A stretch of 14,554 nt of DNA from the NCBI GenBank assembly GCA_005878955.1, contig VBMI01000078.1, positions 1 through 14,554 of the forward strand, given 5' to 3'. The notes beneath the pieces were generated by a model, which had not been told where the DNA came from, did not search any database, and saw nothing but the letters and a program-made list of their open reading frames with translations. Shown in pieces: positions 8,939-13,705 of this stretch; the first letter of the stretch is position 1; each line of letters starts with the position of its first letter. Made by a program: the position numbers and the translations under genes. Source of the DNA: Methanobacteriota archaeon. GTDB lineage: Archaea > Thermoplasmatota > Thermoplasmata > RBG-16-68-12.

Positions 8939-9278
8939 GCGGGGGAGCGGGGAACCGTTCTCCATCACGCCGGAGGAACTCAAGGCGAAGCTCGACCGCG
9001 GGGACGCCGTCGTGCTCGTCGACGTGCGGGAGCCGGCCGAGTGGGCCGTGAACCGCATCGAGGGCGCGACGCACATCCCCCTGATGACCCTCCCTCAGCG
9101 GGCGCGAGAGCTCGATCCCGAGAAGGAGGTCGTCGCGTACTGCAAGATGGGCTCCCGCTCCGAGCAGGCGGTCCTGTTCCTCCGCCGCCTCGGCTTCGGG
9201 AAGGCGAAGAACCTCGAGGGCGGGATCGACGCCTGGATCGCGCAGGTCGACCCGAGCCTGCCGAATTACGAGGAATAG
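8925..9278 (+). CDS. Single-domain rhodanese sulfurtransferase
   Basis: The ORF reads ITPEELKAKLDRGDAVVLVDVREPAEW...the active-site loop CKMGSRS...NLEGGIDAW. The only upstream in-frame start is the TTG at 8925, which overlaps the JAMM gene by 14 nt, so the start is uncertain. Confidence 0.85.
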   Translation: MNWSRRGSGEPFSITPEELKAKLDRGDAVVLVDVREPAEWAVNRIEGATHIPLMTLPQRARELDPEKEVVAYCKMGSRSEQAVLFLRRLGFGKAKNLEGGIDAWIAQVDPSLPNYEE

Positions 9279-9285
9279 AATCGTC

Positions 9286-9341
9286 CGGGGGAACCGCGGG
9301 GGAACGTCTAAATAATCGGGGACGGGTTCGCGGCCCGTCCG
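9286..9341 (+). promoter_or_regulatory. Promoter/operator region of the Ubl-E2-E1-JAMM operon
   Basis: CGGGGGAAC occurs at 9286-9294 and again at 9297-9305. The TATA-like TAAATAAT is at 9309-9316. The palindrome GACGGG-N7-CCCGTC at 9321-9339 ends 2 nt before the ATG at 9342. There is no SD, and the TATA centre lies about 30 nt from the ATG, which suggests a leaderless mRNA. Confidence 0.4.
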
Positions 9342-9620
9342 ATGCCGATCACCCTGCGGTTCATCTTCATCTCCGAGGCGGACAAGCCCACGGTGACCCT
9401 GAAGATCCCGGAGGACATGCTCTTCCAGGAGGCGTTCGTCCTCGCCGCGAAGCGTCAGGGCAAGGACGCGGGGATCCTCACCGCGACGTACCCGGGCGGC
9501 TCGCCGATCGCGGGCGGGACCGTGGGCGAGGTCTCGGAGAAGTCCACGAACATCCACGTGATCGACCCGAGCATCGTCGGCGGGCTTCCCGCGCTCGATT
9601 CTGGAGCCCTCACGGTTTAA
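9342..9620 (+). CDS. Ubiquitin-fold modifier precursor, UFM1-like. It has Gly80-Gly81 followed by an 11-residue tail.
   Basis: The 92-aa sequence is MPITLRFIFISEADKPTVTLKIPEDMLFQEAFVLAAKRQGKDAGILTATYPGGSPIAGGTVGEVSEKSTNIHVIDPSIVGG|LPALDSGALTV. It is collinear by eye with human UFM1 as I recall it (..[43 protein letters not shown]|SC). GC3-rich codon usage and its position immediately upstream of the E2 and E1 genes support it as a real gene. Confidence 0.7.
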   Translation: MPITLRFIFISEADKPTVTLKIPEDMLFQEAFVLAAKRQGKDAGILTATYPGGSPIAGGTVGEVSEKSTNIHVIDPSIVGGLPALDSGALTV

Positions 9621-9648
9621 GCCAACCGCCGCCCTCTTGTCGGCTCCG

Positions 9649-10152
9649 ATGCCCCTCCGGATCCGGGACTACGGCGAGGCCCACCTCAAGACGGACGACG
9701 ACCTCTTCTACTTCCTCCAGTGCGCGACGGTCGCGACGCCGAAGGACCCCGGGTGGGGAGACCGGGCGGCAGAGGAGGTGTACGCCCTCGACCGATTCGC
9801 CGAGTACCTGCGGTTCCTCGAGAAGGACGAGTGGTTCGCCCTCCGGGCCACGAGCGCGTCGAAGACCCGGTGGACGGGGAAGGTCCGCCGCGGCGGGAGG
9901 GAGTGGGACGTCGAGCTCGTCCTGAAGGACGCGTACCCGCACGTCCCGCCCGCGTGCCGGATCCCCGAGCTCATGCACTACACGGACCGCAAGGTGGACG
10001 ACGCGAGCCTCGGCCTCCGGATCTGCGACATGCACATGGAGAAGAACTACTGGTGGGACGAGCACGCCTCCTTGGCGCTGTACCTGAAGCGGGAGGTGTC
10101 GTACTGGGTCCAGAGCGTCGTGAAGGACATGCGCGGGAAGGGCTGGCTGTGA
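9649..10152 (+). CDS. UFC1-like E2 (ubiquitin-fold modifier-conjugating enzyme-like), with the putative catalytic Cys126 at 10024-10026
   Basis: The product is 167 aa from the ATG at 9649; the track uses the TTG at 9637. DEWFALRATSASKTRWTGK...REWDVELVLKDAYPHVPPACRIPELMHYTDRKVDDASLGLRICDMHMEKNYWW compares with recalled human UFC1 NDWFRLESNKEGTRWFGK...[48 protein letters not shown]. It has no HPN motif, like UFC1. Confidence 0.8.
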   Translation: MPLRIRDYGEAHLKTDDDLFYFLQCATVATPKDPGWGDRAAEEVYALDRFAEYLRFLEKDEWFALRATSASKTRWTGKVRRGGREWDVELVLKDAYPHVPPACRIPELMHYTDRKVDDASLGLRICDMHMEKNYWWDEHASLALYLKREVSYWVQSVVKDMRGKGWL

Positions 10153-10910
10153 CGGAGCGCTACGCCCGCCTCCGCCTGTTCGGGCACGCGGACCTGACGA
10201 AGCTCGCGGACAAGCGCGTGGCGATCGTCGGCGTCGGGGGCCTCGGTGCCCTCAGCGCGGAGATCCTCGCCCGCCTCGGCGTCGGGGAGCTCGTCCTCTT
10301 CGACTACGACACGATCGAGGAGGCGAACCTGAACCGCCTCGTGTACCGGACCGACCAGGTCGGGGAGAAGAAGGTGGAGGCGATTCGCGCCCACCTCCGC
10401 GCTGCGAACCCGGACGTCCGGGTGACCCCGCACCCCTTCGACGTGACGGACGGCGAGGGGCTCGAGGCCCTGTCCGCCGAGGTCCCCCGGTGCGACCTCG
10501 TCCTCGGGTGCGTGGACTCCTTCGCCGTCCGGTTGTTCCTGAACGCGAAGTGCGTGGCGCTGCGGGTCCCGCTCATCGACGGCGGGGCCTCCGAGGACGG
10601 CATCAACGGCAGCGTCCACGTGGTGATCCCCGGGAAGACCGCGTGCTACCGGTGCAACCGCCCGGCGCTCCGGGACCCCTCCGCGGGGCGGGTGACCCGC
10701 CGCGACGACTCGGGCGCGTGCCACTTCACGTCCCTCCCCACGACGATGGCGATCGTCTCGAGCCTCCAGTGCCAGGAGGCGCTGAAGGTCCTCCTCGGGT
10801 TCGGGAGCGTCGCCCCGTACCTGATGTACTTCGGCCTCGAGGGCCGCCTCGAGCGGGTGGACTGGAAGCGGGACCCCCGGTGCGGCACGTGCGGGCGGAG
10901 GCGGGGATGA
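10149..10910 (+). CDS. UBA5-like E1 (ThiF/MoeB-fold adenylating enzyme), with the putative catalytic Cys191 at 10719-10721
   Basis: The GTG start lies within a GTGA that overlaps the E2 stop, giving 253 aa. [65 protein letters not shown] and [17 protein letters not shown] compare with recalled human UBA5 [65 protein letters not shown] and GVCAASLPTTMGVVAG. The Zn site would be CYRC plus CGTC. The 5' part of track ORF 9720..10910 is an alternative-frame read-through of the E2 gene. Confidence 0.92.
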   Translation: [253 protein letters not shown]

Positions 10911-11857
10911 CCGGCCCCGCGCACGTGAAGCGATCCGCGTGGCGGGCCGCGATGCACCACGCGGCCGACGTCGCCCGCGCTTCCGGACGGGAGGCGATCG
11001 GGTGGCTCCTCGGGTTCTTCGAGGGGGACGAGCCGTACGTCCTCGACGCGGTCCCGGCGACCCGATACCAGCACCAGAGCCGGTACGGCGCGGTCGCGGA
11101 CCCCGCGGAGGAGGCAGAGATCGCCATGCAGTACCCGCGGAACGTCGGGATCGTGGGGCTGTATCACTCCCACCCGTTCCGGGACGAGACCCGCCACGCG
11201 ATCTTCCACAGCACGACGGACGACGCAACGCTGAAGAGCCGGGCGAGCCGCCGGGAGAACTACCTCTCCCTCGTCACGGACGGGCGGTCCGCGGAATGCT
11301 TCGTGCACCGGGAGGGTGGGCCCGTCGAGGTGTCCCCCGCGATCGAGGAGGACCTGTCGATGGCCGGTCATCTCCGGAAGTTCACGGCATCCGTCTCGCC
11401 CTCCGTGTCCTTGACGCTCGCGAAGACGGACCTCGCGGGGGTCGTCGCGGCCCTCGAGCGCCGCGTCTCCTCCGACCTCGACCGCGTCCTGCGATCCGCG
11501 TCCGTGGGGAGTGCCTCGGTCCGCCTCGACGGGTTCGGCGGGGAGGCCCACCGGAACCGGCTCCTGATCGAGCCCGAGGGGGCGGGCTACGGGGTGGAGC
11601 TCTCCCTCCACCTTGAGCCCCTCGTGTTCGTCGCGGGGAAGGACGACGCGGAGGTCCTGCGGGCGATGCGGAACGAGATCCTCGACGACGTCTTGTTCCT
11701 CCTCTGGCGGGGGTTCGACCCCGCGTCCGTCTCCCTCGAGGGGGCCGAGCGGTTCGAGGCGAACCTCGGGACCCTCCGCGTCCACGAGGGGAGCCTGCTG
11801 CCCAAGAAGCTGTACCGGGCGCCGAAGCGGGCGACCGTGCTACGGCGCCGCGCGTAG
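10907..11857 (+). CDS. JAMM/MPN-domain protein with a C-terminal extension of about 170 aa and unknown function
   Basis: The ATG lies within an ATGA that overlaps the E1 stop, giving 316 aa. The putative JAMM elements are the Glu in GREAIGWLLG and then GLYHSHPFRDETRHAIFHSTTD, i.e. HxH, Ser and Asp but with 12 rather than 7 residues between HxH and Ser. Residues ~150-316 match no motif I recognise and end in the basic tail KKLYRAPKRATVLRRRA. Confidence 0.8.
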   Translation: MTGPAHVKRSAWRAAMHHAADVARASGREAIGWLLGFFEGDEPYVLDAVPATRYQHQSRYGAVADPAEEAEIAMQYPRNVGIVGLYHSHPFRDETRHAIFHSTTDDATLKSRASRRENYLSLVTDGRSAECFVHREGGPVEVSPAIEEDLSMAGHLRKFTASVSPSVSLTLAKTDLAGVVAALERRVSSDLDRVLRSASVGSASVRLDGFGGEAHRNRLLIEPEGAGYGVELSLHLEPLVFVAGKDDAEVLRAMRNEILDDVLFLLWRGFDPASVSLEGAERFEANLGTLRVHEGSLLPKKLYRAPKRATVLRRRA

Positions 11858-12235
11858 GGGCGCGCCGCACTTCCCGCAGAACGCGTCCTCCTCCTCCGGC
11901 CGGGCCCCGCACTTCGGGCACCGGAGGGAGGCGGGGGTCCCGCACCGCCCGCAGAAGTGGTCCCCCTTCAGGAGGGCCGCCCCGCACTTCGCGCAGAACT
12001 CGGAGACCTCGGAGGAGAGCCCTTGGGCCCGGAGCTCGTAGCAATCCTGGCACGTGTTCTCGACGACGCCGTCGATCTCGACCTCGACGTACGCCGGCTT
12101 CGACCGGCCGCAAACGACGCAGGCCTTCGCCCGCCGCTTCGTCGCCTCCACGATCCGCAGCTCGGGCCGGTTCGGAGGGGGCGGCGGCGCGGGCTCGACG
12201 GGGAAGCCGAGGTCGTCCTCGTCACCGGATTCCAT
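11840..12235 (-). CDS. Multi zinc-ribbon protein with six CxxC pairs
   Basis: The 131-aa protein has an acidic, Pro-rich N-terminus. It then reads CVVCG...CQDC, FCAKCG...FCGRCG and RCPKCG...FCGKCG, i.e. three predicted zinc ribbons of the double-zinc-ribbon type. Its 3' end overlaps the convergent JAMM gene by 18 nt. Confidence 0.75.
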   Translation of the reverse strand: MESGDEDDLGFPVEPAPPPPPNRPELRIVEATKRRAKACVVCGRSKPAYVEVEIDGVVENTCQDCYELRAQGLSSEVSEFCAKCGAALLKGDHFCGRCGTPASLRCPKCGARPEEEDAFCGKCGAPLRAAP

Positions 12236-12257
12236 CGAGAAACACCAGCCCGGGCCG

Positions 12258-12267
12258 CCCTATAAGG
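12258..12267 (-). promoter_or_regulatory. TATA-like box for the zinc-ribbon gene
   Basis: The minus strand reads CCTTATAGGG, centred about 28 nt upstream of the ATG at 12235. No SD is visible. Confidence 0.3.
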
Positions 12268-12273
12268 ATGGCC

Positions 12274-12423
12274 TCAGACCCTCTTCTTCGAGCCCGGCCC
12301 CTTGTCCAGGAGGATGCCCTTCACGCGGGGCTTCGCGCCCGGCTGTTCCTCCTCGAGGTACGAGACGTATCCGGACCCGACGTTGAAGTGGATGACCTTC
12401 ACCTTCTCGTCGATGTCGAGCAT
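12274..12423 (-). CDS. Small basic hypothetical protein (49 aa, or 57 aa from the GTG at 12447)
   Basis: The sequence is MLDIDEKVKVIHFNVGSGYVSYLEEEQPGAKPRVKGILLDKGPGSKKRV. Third codon positions are almost all G/C, matching the real genes here. The longer track ORF 12274..12648 runs through the intergenic promoter region with implausible sequence. Function is unknown. Confidence 0.5.
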   Translation of the reverse strand: MLDIDEKVKVIHFNVGSGYVSYLEEEQPGAKPRVKGILLDKGPGSKKRV

Positions 12424-12447
12424 CGCCTTGCCGCTCTTCCGCTTCAC

Positions 12448-12470
12448 GGGAATCCCGCCGTTGGATTCCC
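12448..12470. repeat. Perfect 8-bp inverted repeat (hairpin) GGGAATCC-N7-GGATTCCC
   Basis: Read directly from the sequence. It lies immediately upstream of the small minus-strand ORF, between that ORF and the TATA-like TTTTAAGTAT (minus strand, 12477-12486). Confidence 0.5.
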
Positions 12471-12637
12471 TTGGACCATACTTAAAACGTCGCCCACGGC
12501 TGTCACAAGTGATAAGCGGGGGACGCGTCCTCCCGGGGCGTCCGACCCGCCGCGGGTTGGGAGGCGTTCGCCAACCATTTTGGCAAGGCCTTAATAGCGC
12601 GGAATGCGGAATTAACCATGGGCATGTGGAGTCCACG

Positions 12638-13003
12638 ATGACGGTCACCTTAGAGCAACTCGCGAAAGCGGTCGAACGGCGGCTGGCGCTGTCCCACGAC
12701 GAGGCATACGGGATCGCCGGCCGGGTGATGAACTACTTCGGGTTCGAGAGCTTCATCATCGACAACGCGATCGACCCGGAGGACCGGAAGATGTTCTACA
12801 CCCTGCACGACGCGGGGATCCTCCGTTCCTCGTGGGAGACCGTCCTTCTCCTGAGCGGGCGGAACTGGAGGATCTTCTACTGGGAGATCAACGCGGCGGA
12901 CATCGACCGCATCGCGGGGGCGACGGAGGAGGCCCGCCCGGAGGAGCCCGTGTACCGGGAGCTCCCGGAGGAAGCGTGGACCCACTCCCAGCCGACCCCC
13001 TGA
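12638..13003 (+). CDS. Hypothetical protein (121 aa), probably a member of an archaeal DUF family
   Basis: The sequence is MTVTLEQLAKAVERRLALSHDEAYGIAGRVMNYFGFESFIIDNAIDPEDRKMFYTLHDAGILRSSWETVLLLSGRNWRIFYWEIN.... It has good GC3 codon bias. The AT-rich boxes CCTTAATAGC (12588-12597) and GGAATTAACC (12607-12616) lie upstream. The 5' part of track ORF 12302..13003 is antisense to the small ORF and is not credible. My recollection of the family is vague. Confidence 0.7.
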   Translation: MTVTLEQLAKAVERRLALSHDEAYGIAGRVMNYFGFESFIIDNAIDPEDRKMFYTLHDAGILRSSWETVLLLSGRNWRIFYWEINAADIDRIAGATEEARPEEPVYRELPEEAWTHSQPTP

Positions 13004-13009
13004 GCCCGG

Positions 13010-13678
13010 TCACTCCCGCCATCCCTCGGAGCCGATGAGCGGGACGAACGCGCACGGCGTCCCCTCCTTCGTCTCCCACTTCGACTCGGATGTGCGGCGC
13101 GCGGTGACGAGGACCTGCGAGAGACGGGACCGCCCGATGGGCGCGACGATCCGGCCGCCGACCTTGGTCTGGTCCCTCCATGGGTTCGGGATTCTCGGCG
13201 CCCCCGCGGTGGCCATGACGCAGTCGTAGGGCGCCCGCGGCGGGTAGCCCCTCGTGCCGTCCCCGACGACGACCTCCACCCGGTACCCACACGTCGCGAG
13301 GTTCGCCCGCCCGAGCTCGGCGAGCTCGGGATGCCGCTCGATCGACACGACGCGGTCCGGGCCCACGATCTCTGCGAGAAGCGCGGCGTTGTACCCGGAC
13401 CCAGTCCCGACCTCGAGGACCGCCTCGCCCTCCCGGAGGGCCGCCTCCTCGAGCATGATCGCGATCATGGAGGGGGCCGAGATCGTCTGCCCCCCACCAA
13501 TGGGGAGGGGCACGTCCTCGTAGGCGGATCGCCGGAGGTCCTCCGGCACGAACCGCTCCCTCGGGACTGCCAGGAACGCCCGCCGGACCGCGGCGGACTC
13601 CACGTACCCCCACTTCCCGAGGCGCTCGACGAGGTCCTTCCGCTCCCGCTCCGAGTCGGGTCCCATCGGGGTTGACAC
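13010..13678 (-). CDS. pcm: Protein-L-isoaspartate O-methyltransferase
   Basis: The 222-aa ORF contains RERFVPE, PLPIGGGQTISAPSMIA, the SAM motif I VLEVGTGSGYNAA, and the post-motifs DGTRGYPPRAPYD and GGRIVAPIG. An alternative start is M5. Confidence 0.92.
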   Translation of the reverse strand: MSTPMGPDSERERKDLVERLGKWGYVESAAVRRAFLAVPRERFVPEDLRRSAYEDVPLPIGGGQTISAPSMIAIMLEEAALREGEAVLEVGTGSGYNAALLAEIVGPDRVVSIERHPELAELGRANLATCGYRVEVVVGDGTRGYPPRAPYDCVMATAGAPRIPNPWRDQTKVGGRIVAPIGRSRLSQVLVTARRTSESKWETKEGTPCAFVPLIGSEGWRE

Positions 13679-13705
13679 GGCCCGCGCGCTACTTGAATCT
13701 GGCCC

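Noticed and set aside
9720-10148. The N-terminal 143 codons of track ORF 9720..10910, which would make a 396-aa E1
   Set aside because: This stretch is the E2 gene read in another frame and gives Arg/Gly/Pro-rich text. E1 homology begins at the GTG at 10149, which forms a GTGA overlap with the E2 stop. The same logic applies to 10490..10906, upstream of the JAMM ATG at 10907.
11840-12235. The zinc-ribbon protein as a RING-type E3 ligase
   Set aside because: The Cys pattern is six regularly paired CxxC motifs. It lacks the C3HC4/C3H2C3 spacing and the His ligand of RING domains. I keep it only as a speculative neighbour in the findings.
12471-12637. A possible tRNA or small ncRNA in the 214-bp divergent spacer. 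It holds several short GC stems: the GGACGCGTCC palindrome at 12521-12530, GTTGG/CCAAC/TTGGC alternative pairings at 12556-12584, and a GTGATAAG C-box-like string.
   Set aside because: I could assemble no cloverleaf, T-loop (GTTCGAATC-like) or proper C/D or H/ACA box set. Short GC stems are expected by chance here. The region is adequately explained as two back-to-back promoters with AT-rich boxes at each end.
12618-12641. A seven-codon upstream ORF (ATG GGC ATG TGG AGT CCA CGA TGA) whose stop overlaps the ATG at 12638 in an ATGA
   Set aside because: It is too short to support from sequence alone. The alternative explanation is that the AT-rich box at 12607-12616 drives a leaderless transcript starting at 12638, which is at least as likely.
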